Shown piece after piece: positions 1-12,600 of a stretch of DNA of 64,000 nucleotides; within the stretch, counting starts at the first letter, position 1, and every line of letters begins with the position of its first letter. A program made the position numbers and the translations under genes. The DNA is from Phoronis australis (taxonomy: Eukaryota > Animalia > Phoronida), in contig NMRA01000347.1 of the NCBI GenBank assembly GCA_002633005.1, forward strand, positions 248,001-312,000, in the 5' to 3' direction. Below the pieces are notes generated by a model that saw only the letters and a list, made by a program, of their open reading frames with translations, searched no databases and had not been told where the DNA came from.

Positions 1-338
1 GCACAGCCACTTTTTTCTTAATATGGCCTTTGCTGGATGCCAGTGAGATCATGCGAAATGTATGGTGCTATACATGTAGGTTAATGATCGAGGACGCTCA
101 AAGCCGTGTGTTTAAAGGGGGGTGAGGGTTGTACTGCTGCATGGGACAAAAACCCGTGCAAATGCCGTATGTCCGGCGAACTATTGTTAGACATGCGTTG
201 TACATCTATATGAACAAATGCTCAGCATTAATTGTGGGCAAAATAGCAGAAACACAATGGCGACGTGATATTTCAGACAGTGGCTAATATACATGTACAT
301 GTATTTCGTTGTCAGAAATCTTTTTCATAGGAGACCGG

Positions 339-490
339 GCATACGTTCAGTAGACGCTAGGACCTACGCTAGGACCTAGCTGAAACCTAGTCAACGTCAC
401 GTGTTCTCATTTAAGATACACGGCAATTTCTCAAGTAATCTCGCAAAGTCTTGCTTTTTAGCGAGGTCCTAGCGTTACTGAACGGGAGGC
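339..490. mobile_element. ~150-bp MITE family A
   Basis: Imperfect TIR ...GTTCAGTA(G)ACGCTAGGACC; 2-bp TSD GG; related copies at 49662-49815, 57685-57836, 19983-20065, 63203-63320. Confidence 0.8.
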
Positions 491-650
491 GGAATTCAGT
501 TTCGAGCAAAACAATAAAACGTCATATCCAGGCCTTCTCACGAAACGCATGAACAATGAAACTGAATTCACTCGAAATCCTATTTGAAAGCATTACATCA
601 CAAGAGTTATTGCGTCACGCACACGTGGTCTCGCAATGGCAACTTTGCAG

Positions 651-3600
651 AAGTCCCCGCTGCGAACCCTGACCAGCAAAAAGCCCACACGTGAACTTAA
701 ATCGGGCGAGAGTTTCCAAGGTATTCCCAACCGCTATGTACACCTATTCGATGAAGACCCTTTTGGAAAGAGAGCCTTCTATCGCGGGTAAGTGAAGTTG
801 AATTTTGTAATGGAGGACGACTTAGTTAATCGCAGATACGACTGCTTGCCTGCCGATCCCACTTGTTTCACGAGGACAAAGTTGTAGGGTATGCTTACAT
901 GTACGCAGAAGGTCTGCCTGTGCTGAGACAACTTGCATGTGAGATTCTCCTCTCTCTTTATCCTGTATATTATTGAAGATGCTGTCCAGTATGCCAAGTG
1001 GACTGTGCCTGTCTGCGGACTTCCTTTCTATAGGGAAGGGATCTGAGAGGCAATTTTTTGCAAGAACGGTATTGTTGTGAACATTTTTTTGTCTTTATTT
1101 CTAACGAAAACAGAATACTTATATACTTATTTGTACGGATCCCATCCCATTCTCGATGTGAGAGTTTGAAGTACTTCTTTGAAAGTTTAGATATGAATCA
1201 AACGAGAATTATCTAAGCAAAAAACGAACAACGCAAAAATATGAAGGAATAAATTATGTCAATAAAAATGATGTATTTCGTTGTAACAAGCCAGCAGTCC
1301 ACATTGCAACCCAATTTCTAAACAAAATTAGTTAAGACTGGTATTAATGAACTTGAGTCGACATCTTGCAGTATTATTTAACTAATTATCAAATTTTCTC
1401 AAGATCTTTTAAAATTATGGGTCTTCAGAAGAGACCTGAACACTATTTCGTTCCCCTTATCAAATCCATGATAAAACTGCACTCGTAAACGCGAATAAGA
1501 ATTATATTCGAGACGAAATAGTATTTCTGCTTTTGTCTTTCACTATTGTAGACGAGGCGTATTCGCTTCACTCTATAAATCCCATTAATTTTCCCATTAC
1601 TACCAATCACAAATTTAAAAGTATTTTTCATTAAATGTTTATAAGATGCAGCAAATTTACACTCACATGTGTTAATTTGGTTGGCCTGTCAACTTTTGCA
1701 TTTATACAGTATAGTGATTTGGTTGGTCAGCTAACATTTAAGCCGATGGCATCTCCGTAATCACCAGCCGCAATGACGCTTTTTACATAAACATGTAATA
1801 CAACTGCAAGCAGAACAGTATTTGGTTAGGGTGTGGGATGATGGCGTAAGATAAGCAGAACACTATTTACGCACGCTCATTTGCAAGGGAAGTAAACTAC
1901 ATGTATAATGCATAGAATACATGTAAGTAAGTAAAGCACACTGGGGAGGTATTGAATGTACATACATGTAGATGCATATATACATGTACATACATGTACA
2001 CACATACGCAAAGATATTGCAGACTTTCCCATAATAAATGGGAATTTCACATTTTTCAAATTTTGATGGGAAAACATTTATCCCATACGCGTAGAAAAAG
2101 TTGAATACAATACGGCCACGTGGTATTGTTTTTACGCATTGCACTTCCTGGACTACTTCTGAACAGTGCCCTCTATAGCCACACAAAGAAAGTAGAAAAG
2201 GTATGTCAATGTCGACTCGACTTTGCTAAACGGCTCGGTCATCAACATTTCCCAAAATAGTTTAAAGTAATAAAGTCACAGTAGTATAAATAACACTCAA
2301 GATGCAATTAGGGCACACACAGACATCCGACACAGAGCTGTATAACACTGCCTATGTTTTTGCTAAAATATTATCATGACTGTCTGCAACTCAGGCGCCG
2401 GTTTCTCGGTTAAATATCATTGTCAGTTATTTAATATTTTTTCAAAAATGTTATAAGTTCAATAAACACTTGTCTTCATTTTTGTTTCGTCTTTATCACT
2501 CTTTGTCCAGTAATATATCGTTGCCTTTACTATTTCCGTTTAATAGAATAAACTTGTTGCATAACTAAGGTAATAGCAATTCTTAAATTTGTGTTAATTC
2601 TATTAAAAATAATATATTTAAACACATTTATATGTGATGAAGGTGGTAATGGAAATTCTTGTATTTGTCGGCTTTGAACCTCGCACGCCCTTGTTGTAAC
2701 CATAATTAATTGCGACTGACTTCATCCCAGATATTTGCTGCCACGTTGTCATTAAATCCGGTTGGAAATCGTTAACGGATAATTAAGTCGGAATTTCTAG
2801 ATAAACCCATTGATTGAAGACTTAATCGCTCGTGACCGTGTCAGTTGTGCTGTAATCCCCAAACGCAGATGTGTACGAGCCATGTTGATAAATAAATTAT
2901 CAACACCATCCTGCGGACACGATTGTGCCATTGCTGAACCCGTTTTTGCATCTCCACCAGAAAACTACACACATACACGTATGCTAGACGACGTTTCGTT
3001 TCAAATGGCTAACTATAGTACTTCATTGTACGCTTCAGTGAGAAATGTACAGCTTCTTCGCTCATTCAAGAGAATGAGGGACGGAAATTAAGAAGTGCTC
3101 GTTGTTGTCTTCGGTAAAAAAGATTCGAGTTTGATCGATATCAACGCAGGAGATATTCTCTGAAAGACAGAGTGTATAAGGTTTTTCAACAGTCATCAGG
3201 TTTATGAGGTTTTTCATTTTCTCTCAAGATTTTATGACGTACTTATAGATAGGACGACTATACGTGTAGTCTCATTCCACGCGATAAGGCGGTGTGAAGC
3301 GAACGTAAATGGTTGTCATGGAACGTTGACTAGTGAAAACATCAACATACAATGTATGAGATATTTGGATGTTAAAGAAGGATTTGTGCAACAGTCGATG
3401 TCGTATACTACATGTATAACCTTCGCCAGCACAATTAGGTACACACTACTATCAGTGCTCTGTCTGTTTACACGTGACTAACGCACGGCCAGTTTGACTA
3501 CAGTGCTCGGCCTTGTCCATCTAGGAAGTTTTAGTGGAGTTCAGTTTCTTTCGTTTCGGAAAATACCCTGAACTGCTTTGGGGTCGCAAAATGCTCAAAA

Positions 3601-6600
3601 ATAATGAAAAGAGAGAAAAACGAACAGTTCACGTGCGTGAAACGGAATCGCAAATGGCTATGCGGAACGAGAGAGAGCTGGACGACGAGGAGGGTTACGC
3701 GGAGAGACGTCCACAATCGCTGAGACACTTCTCCATAGCAGATAATGACCCTGAAACACTTCGGAAACATCACGAACTGATTGAGAAACTTTTAGCAGAG
3801 TTTGACTTGGAAGAGTCAAAAGTCAAATACAGAAGTGTACCGGTAGAGTTGCGCAGCACGGACAAAGCCTACAGCTATGATTGGTAAGAAATGCTAAGCA
3901 ATATTTTGTCATTCTCAATTTGCGATAAATGATCCTGTTTTCGTCAGACAGGGATGATTGAATAGGTATACGCTGTTCTGTGCAAAGGGGAGTCCGGTAG
4001 ACTGTGTTGATGACCAAATATACGAGGAAGGCCGGGGAGACGCCGGAAAGTTTTTCATGCGGGCACATTTTATAAAACGTTGAACGTTAAGATTATCGAG
4101 AAACGGCTAATGAAAGATATCGCTTCACAAATTTCGTTCGTGGAATATGTTAAGAGCGTATGATCACGTCATTTTTTCAACTGCGATGGTAAACTCGTGT
4201 TTCACCCTGCATTAATAAGCGTGGTGTAGTTCTTATCAAATAAAAGTTCACGTTCAGAGTAATATGTTCCCAAAATGTTGAGCCGCTTTGTATGAAAGAA
4301 CTTGCTACATTTTGCTAATTGGACTTTCTAGATAAACTTGATCAGTAGTTGTGAAATTGAGTGGCGTAAGAACCTGTCGGTTTAAACACTTTCATTTTTG
4401 CGTGTCAGTACTTCCCAATCGCTTTTGTAAAGTGATGCGACCTCGAGCGAATAAACTAATTATTTGTCTCAGTACAAAGGGAGCATAGATACTACGACAT
4501 GCATTTTCAGCACAGACTCTGAGACACATCATTTAAAGTAACTTTACACCTTTTTACAAGGGAACTACATATAACACCCAGAACGGTAATATGGGGTAAG
4601 CGGGCCCCTCTTCAAAATGGCTACTGGTAATCAGTTTCACTTAATAACGGACGCAATGCTATTGCTGTTATTCAGTAAAAACACATTTTCTGCTGCCATT
4701 TTTAAAGCGACCGTTTACTCCTCTTTTCACTTCATAGTCGTAATATCGTACTGGAAAACCAAAAGTTGGTTTCCAAGGCTCGCACATAAGAAGCCGTGTG
4801 AAGGTCACGTGCTGTGAATGAGAGAAGGGAAAAACATAACAGAAAGCATAATCACTCAATGAATATCGATTTTTATTTCTTTGGAAGGTGCGTATTCAAT
4901 TCACCCATAACAAAGTTTCATACAATTTTCATTGCAGGCCATTGACGAAAATTTCCGCCGGGAAAAGGGGAGGGGGCAGTAAACCTGGGTGATACTCCGC
5001 GGAGTAAAAGCGGCAAAATGCTAACTAATTACTAACATTCATCGGATTTCTAAAATATTCCCTCACAAGTCCCGTAGTAGACGAGCTCACATAATTCACT
5101 GTTTCTGGTTCTCAACATGCGGGACTCCTGTAAGATAAAATGTTAGCGTGGTCGGCCTTCCCTTGTTCTTGTGTGACTGACTACATCGTTGTTGCGCCAT
5201 GATTCTCGTGTGGGACACAGTCCCCAGGTATGGAGTGTGGTAGTCGGGTATAGGGCGTGTTCCACGCCTCTGTGGAGTTTAGGAATCTAAAAGTGCGGGC
5301 TGTAAAATTTGAGCCCCGGGTTTTGTGTTTTCTAGTCCGGAACCCGGGTTTAGGGTCATAGCTGGAATTATAGGCGCGCGGACCGGCATGGAGTCGTTTC
5401 CATTCCTGTGTGGGATTCATGCCACGAGCAACTGCTCACGTGAAAACAGTAGAGAATGTTACACGACTTTTACACGACCTTTACGAGTCATAAATGTTTT
5501 ACGCGCACAAGACTCTCGAGAATTGTAAACAAGGTTCCGACGCGTGTCATAATTTTTTAAAGGGTCTTCTTTTTTCACGTGCAACAGACATTCGTTTCGA
5601 CAATCAAAATTTATGAACAATACAGAGAATGTTTGGATGTTTGGATAAATAATAAGAAGCAAAATTCATTTTGTATAAAAATTGTCTAAATCTAAGCCTA
5701 CCCAAAACGGGAAAGCGACCAGACATAAGTTCATTACCATTTTGTCCTCCTGTGTATTGTTTATGCAAAATGTCATCCAGTCTTTATGTGATGTCGATTT
5801 CCGGCTTCGATAAAATGATAACTATTAGTCTAAGAAGTTACGCACGAACTGTGCGGAGATGATCCACGACAAGTTCAATATTTTTGATACCGCCACTCAT
5901 GTTAAGAGGCAGATATACGTGTTCAGGGTGTTCAAACTCCCCCCTCGGGTCAGGGTAAAAAATAAAGATTAAAAAAATGTCGCCAGGAAAACGAAATCAG
6001 CTACTAAAAACCAAAAAAAGAATTACTCTCCCGACCTTTCCTCGGCTCCGCGTTACGCGCCTCGAATTTCCGCGAATCCTAACCCGCCCCGTAATTACTG
6101 AAAATCTAAATCTGCCATTGCTTCTCTGAGGCAGAGATGTAACCAGGTCAAGTGGGCTAACCTAAACAGGGAATGCCTTCACCTGGTGTTGGCACAATAA
6201 ACTGAACCGAATCCGCAGGACTCAGCTGTGCTGTAATACATTTCTCAGCTCAAAGGGAGATTTATAGTAACCTGCAAACAGACAGCTTAACCTCTGTTAT
6301 GTCATATTTATCTGGTAAAAAGTAAACACGGCATTAATCATTTTGATGTCATTAAACCGGTCTCCTAAATATTCACCGTGATGTAATTGTATTCGCGTTT
6401 TCAACAAGAAAACGCTTCAGACTATATGGGGTTGTTCAACATTAAAATTGAGAATTCGAAAGTTGCACATGAGCATCGCATGAGTCGAGTTTTCGACTCA
6501 TTCGACAACAATTCAAAATTGGATCAGCGAGGTGCTAACTCCTTTAAACCTCAAAGCACTTCGGTTAAAAGTTTAACATTGAAATGCAACTTTAATTGAG

Positions 6601-9600
6601 AAAATCTTTAAACGTGAGTGGCAAACATTCGTCATATCGCTGTATGAGATCACAGTTTTCAGGACGGGTTTAACTAAAACAGAAGGGTTCCGCCCAAAAA
6701 ATTCGTTTGAAGAAATAACGGACTGTAAGTTTTCCCGTAGTTAGGAGACCATCTATCTGTGACGGCGAGTTGCCTACATCTAAACTTTTTGATGAAAAGC
6801 ACGGTTGTCAGTAAAGCCACTATAGAGAATCTACACGTACATGTACAACCACTCATGCTGAGAGGTGGTTGGCGCCAAATTAGCTCATCTTTTTTGGCTC
6901 TTCTACAAATGTTTTCTTACTTCTACCTGAGCTGGACTAATATCAATGAGTGTTCAAGATTTACTAGTCGATTACAATAGACATGGTCAGAGCCTAACTG
7001 ACAAACTTCGTTGATATGTTTATTTCGATCGGAAGAATGCTTATCGAATCGCTGCATCCGATCAGCTCTTTAGATTTTGATGTCGTCTTATAGCGTCTCC
7101 TTTATCTATTTAATTAGGTCGTATATTTTTAAAAAGGAAATACATCGAATGTCGCATGACAGTTTCCTCATGCACATGTGCGTCCCGCACAGAACTGTTT
7201 GTGCCAACGTTTTATCTTCGAGATATACTGAAGCTGTGCTCGTTAACCTCCTAATCTGCGAATTTGGCTCTACTGTTTAGACTATGAGCAATTATACTTA
7301 CTTGTATTAGTTGCGTGCAGAGCTCAAATCCAAGGTAAATCGATAATTGGGGAAACGAGTCAGTGTCTTATTTGTTAAACAAGAATTTACTCAAATTTTT
7401 TTGGTCAGGAGATTGTTGTATAATGAAAAGAAGCTGGTGAAAGTGACTTACACATAGAATTAAGTTCGACATAAAATGTGAAAAATCAAATGACGGTTAA
7501 GAAGCTCCCCGGGAGGCATTGGCAGTACAACAGGTCGCAGGACTTCTGGGTTTCATTCTTGGAACAAGAACGTCGTGTAGAACTTATTTTTTATTCATAC
7601 GCGCTCGCAATTTTTAAGTGGCATGCTCATCATGTTGAAAGCCATTCTTTTGTCTCATGTGTTGGTTAGAATCCCCTGTTGATCCGTTAGCAACGGGGCT
7701 TTAGGTACCTTGGCAGCACATGATAACACCATGCAAATTCCATTAGTTTCTCTAACAGAAAGTTTGACACTGAACTTCCACCGCCTTTGCCTTGATTATT
7801 ACATTTTGTAACTTTGGATTACGGCTTGACTTTACACTACGAACACCAGTACGTCATTGGCCCACACGGGCATAGTCCTGTTACCGTTGAAGCCTTTTTT
7901 CTCTTAAAACGAACACGGCTTTCCCTCATTAGTCTCACTGATAGACAATGAGCATAATTGATGCAGATGAACACTGTTCGTTTCTCAAGCATTCGCGGCA
8001 ACAGTATTCGTCCACGCAGTTCAAATGCCTGGCTTAAATCGTTTGAAATACGACATAACATTTGCGTCATTTCGAAATCTCCTATTTAATGGCACAGATT
8101 AAATTGTATTCTTATCCATGTCATTTAGATGTCAAACTCGTCGATCTTCAATGTTAAGTAACTTTTTATTGCACCACATGCACATGTATAGTCAGATTAA
8201 GGTTATATTGCACTGTGCACCTGTCGAAAAGCCTGTTTATTTATCCAAGTAAATGTCTTCAAACCTTTTAATCCAGTAAAACAACATTTTTGAAACTATA
8301 CAGTGTATACGTAAATAAAACAACAAAAATGGATCACTGGAATTTTCGAATATAATTTTGCCATATATCAGATGTCAATTGTCATATCGTGTTTGATTTT
8401 ACTTTGTTTCTGTTTCTGTTGACAAAGGATGTTATTATATCCGAAAATTTCAGTGAGAAGATCCATTTTTTCTGTTTTATTTATGTATATTTATTCTACT
8501 TTTCGACACTCAAGTGTAATATCCTTTAGAGGATCTGGATCGCGTCGTTTTTTACGTTATTTCTGACACTAAAAATCCTCCAGCATTTGGTTTTTTGAAA
8601 ATTTAAACCAGTGTCTCTTTAGTTTGATCACGTTGTCAAATTTTTAGTAAAATGTATCACAAATAATAAAGGAACATTCTCTGCAACACAAGGGTATCAA
8701 AAACATGGTATGGTGATATTTCGGTTAATTTGAAAGTTCAAGACGAAATCTCTAGATTATGGTTTTCTAAATTATCTTCTTTTAAGTGTTGATTTGTATT
8801 CGAGACTATACTGGCCGTGGTCCATAAGTCACAGAAGGCTACTGGCCGTGGTCTATTAGTCGCAGAAGGCTAGTGGCCGTGGTCCATTAGTAACAAAACT
8901 ACTACTGGCCGTGGTTCATCAGTAACAAAAATGTTAGTGGCCGAGGTCCAGAAGTCGCAGAGGGCTTTTAAAAACATTTGTATGTGACCATTTTCAGGAT
9001 CAGTTTTGTTTTCGTATCTATGATATTGCAAACCGTGTTTTGTAAATGTACAAAATCCCCGTGCTAATACTTGCTCATTTCCATGGTATGCGACATCGTT
9101 GGCTTATTTTGCGAACTCAGTCATAGAATAGAGCATACGTTTAAAACAGTGAAATTGGATGTCCAAATGTGTGATAATGTACGTAATATTTCCACAGGTT
9201 GTATTATGTCATAGAGGCACGCACAGTTATTTATTTGTACACACTGGCTATAAATTAAAGGCAAATGTTTGAATTTATGAGCGTCATCTGTTGGTGAAAT
9301 TTGGAACTTTCATTGCAAACATATCAATGTTGGTTTTAAGATGTAAACAGTAATGTATTACCATACGCACAATGTCGCCAATTAATTTGGTATCACGTTC
9401 ACAAATCTTTTATTGGTGTAATTGGAAAGCACTTGGTGTTCGGAAAAATTCATTAAGCTCGTCCAAGAGAGTAATAAAGATTGGCTATAATATTGTAGAT
9501 CTTTCATACCTTCCTCATTAAGAGCGTTTTAACAAAGTTCATTCCACGAATACAACTCTCGAGCTACTTAATGAACTGTGAAGATTTTTAATTTAACAAT

Positions 9601-12600
9601 ATCGAAGTGAACCCTTAAACGTCAATATAAAATCAATCCTATTGTTTTACCACCCTATACAGAAACTTACATAAATTGTTGTGGTTTCGTCCACCGGAAA
9701 CGAACATCTTCAGAATGTTAGAATGGTTGAGTTCATTGCACTGTTGATGCTGTTGATTTGTTTTTTTTAAGAGAAATCGTATTTTCAGAAAAACAACAGA
9801 TCGGTTGCCGTAGTTATGCTATACGAAAAAAGAACTTCTCCAGCCGCCTTATTCTCCCGTAAAACTGTTTCACAGACGACGCTCCACCGTCTTCACCATT
9901 TTAGGCAAAATTTTTAAAGTTTGACAAGGGACTCACTCTGCGCTCGTGGGTACACTTAAGTTATTAATAATACTGTATATTTCGGATTTCAAAGGATATC
10001 GCCAGATTCATCCAGAATACACAAACACTAATCTGTGCAGAACGCATAGTCGTTTTCTTGCTAGTGGAAGTGCCGTGAACAATAAATTTGTTGGTTTAAA
10101 AGTAGACCAATGCCTAATGAAGTTAAAATGGTTTGGTTTTGATTGCACCCAATGTGAACAGCATTTCATTTGTGGCCGTTCTGTCTACCCACCACACGTA
10201 GACTTCGGTTTTAACCGTCGTGTACAGTGCTTAAAGCGCCCCCTTACTGTGAGATATTAATCAACTCGAAGTTGTATCAAATCAACAAAATGACAATTAC
10301 CTTGGAGCGAAGCCTTTGATATGAACACCATGAATTTTGTCTCAAATTGTTACTAAATGAGATTAGAAATAATTGTTAAGCTCATAGAGAACTGGCAGCT
10401 TAGTTCGTTATTGATTGAGGCTATACAGGTAAGTTCTTCAAGGGCAGATTATTTGAAACGTTGATTATGGTTTCTTGGAATAGCAAAACGTAAATTTTCC
10501 AAGCATGTCTAAATTGCGAACATGATAAGCGCAACTTACAGCGGTTAGAATCTTTTAAAGATCAAAAGTTAGCATTGGGTGACCGAACGATTTTTATAGC
10601 CGATATTTAAAGCCGTCTTTAGAGGCACAAACTGAAAAGAACGAAGGATGTTAATGAGAACGCCTGTAATGCAGTTGTTTACTGTGATCATGTTTGGATG
10701 CATGGGATTTTGTTGTTGGTCTCAAAATATCATTTTAGTGAAATGGCGGGTATGCACGTCAGGCGGCGCCTCGAACACTTGATGGGGACGGACGTTGTGA
10801 AACTGAACGATAAAGCTTACATATCTACGCTTCAACAGAGGTTGCAGGAAGAGTACGAGGTACGCAGTAGTAGTGACTTAACCTCTGCTCACGTGATCTC
10901 GCGGTTTTTTGCGTGAATGCAGTGTAGTGGTCATGCATTTTCCCAATAGGGTAGCCTCGGGTTTTTTCGCCTCCCTTGAGTCGACGGAAATTCCCGAGGT
11001 GCGCTGGACAATAGTTATTCGTTTACATGTATATTCCACTGCTTGTAACTTACTTCGTATGTGATGGCGGTAGGTCGAATGTACAGTGTATGTCGAATGC
11101 CGAATGCTGTCTGTACATTTAAAAAATAGATTTTGTTTTGAAGCTCTTGAATGAGCGAGTTCCAGTCTTGCATATGAATTAAACTCAACTCAAATACCCG
11201 GTGTTCGTGGTTTCCCATCTTATTCCTTAGAAATGACATTTTAGTACTAAGATTAGTTTTACCTCAGGCTTCTCTGGTAAGGCGGGAACAAACTCTCGAG
11301 AACAACGAAAAGCTGCGGCTGAGGAAGCTTTACTTGGAAGGTGTTATACCAAGACCCCCAGGCGAGACAGACTTTATGGAGAAAAAGAAAGGCGGGAAAA
11401 AGGAAAAGGTGATTTACAAAGTTTACCTGAACGAGAATATGGTAACATATCTACGTTTGTATCCATTCAGGTAAAATGGCATAAAGTAAGAAGACAAACA
11501 TTGGTATTAAAATCTANCCGCACTACGACTCAGTTTCCGTCGTCTGCTCCACTGTGCAATGAAGAAAATTTACTTCATTTTTTAAAGAAAATGGAACCTG
11601 AGTGACGATGAAAAAACAGAAGCTGCTCGTTAGATGGGAATTTTAATAAAAGCCTTAGTGAATCACTCAGAAACTCGCAATACTCTCTTTGTCAAACCTC
11701 ATGTTAAGACGATTTTCAAAGCAATCCCCGGTCATTATTGCCAACACGAATAACGGATTTGGTCTTTTGGGCATTTTAGGACTATTTTAAATACGACAAA
11801 TTTGTTAAGAATCGATGGCACAAAATATAAAACGTGTAATAAGCATTACAAAAAGAAGTAGGTTTTGCGCGCAAACGCTGTGGACCAGTACGTCTCTTAG
11901 TATGAGATTAGTAGCTGAATCGTGGTGGTGTAGTGGTAACGCACGCGCGCTCTATGCGCAAGGTCGTGAGTTTGAGTCTTTGGTACATGCAGTTTTTCCT
12001 GTTTGACACGTTCTCCGTGTTCTTTTTTGCCTTTTTTTTTGGTTAATACTTCAGGAATCAAGGAAAATATTTGATTTTTACATGTCAAAACAGAAAAATT
12101 TCCTGGGCGGGAGGGGGGCAAACCCCCCTCCCGACCTCCCCCCATTTGGTGCTATGCGCATCTACAATCGTGGTTCAGTTTGCGCAAATGTTTACAGCCG
12201 GACAAAATGTTGGGCCCCCCCTTGTGATATCCTAGATCCGCCACTGCACAGTCATGAACCCTAACTCCACAGTTAATAAAATCAATATCGATTTCACTCT
12301 CGTAAACCTTACCTTCGAACATCACAGGGGTTGACGTTTCAGGTATGTTGTTTTTTCTACTTTTAGAAAAAACTTAAGGTGAAGGTACAGGAAGGACCCG
12401 ATAAAGAAACGGGAATCTGGCCAAAAACGGGCGAAATCAAGGCAAAAGAGTCGCCACGCGGTATTGTACTGTTCGTTTTCAACAAGCTTCGTATGTCAGT
12501 GCAACATGTTGCTCCAGAATGCACAGGATCACCTAGTTTCAGATTTCTAAAGTGACCCGTTTAAGATCTCTAATTTCAAACAATCCGTGGTTACTCAAGT

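Noticed and set aside
8809-8965. CRISPR-like array
   Set aside because: Head-to-tail minisatellite without unique spacers, in a eukaryotic intron.
11922-11995. Functional tRNA gene
   Set aside because: No complete cloverleaf or acceptor stem; embedded in a multi-copy MITE.
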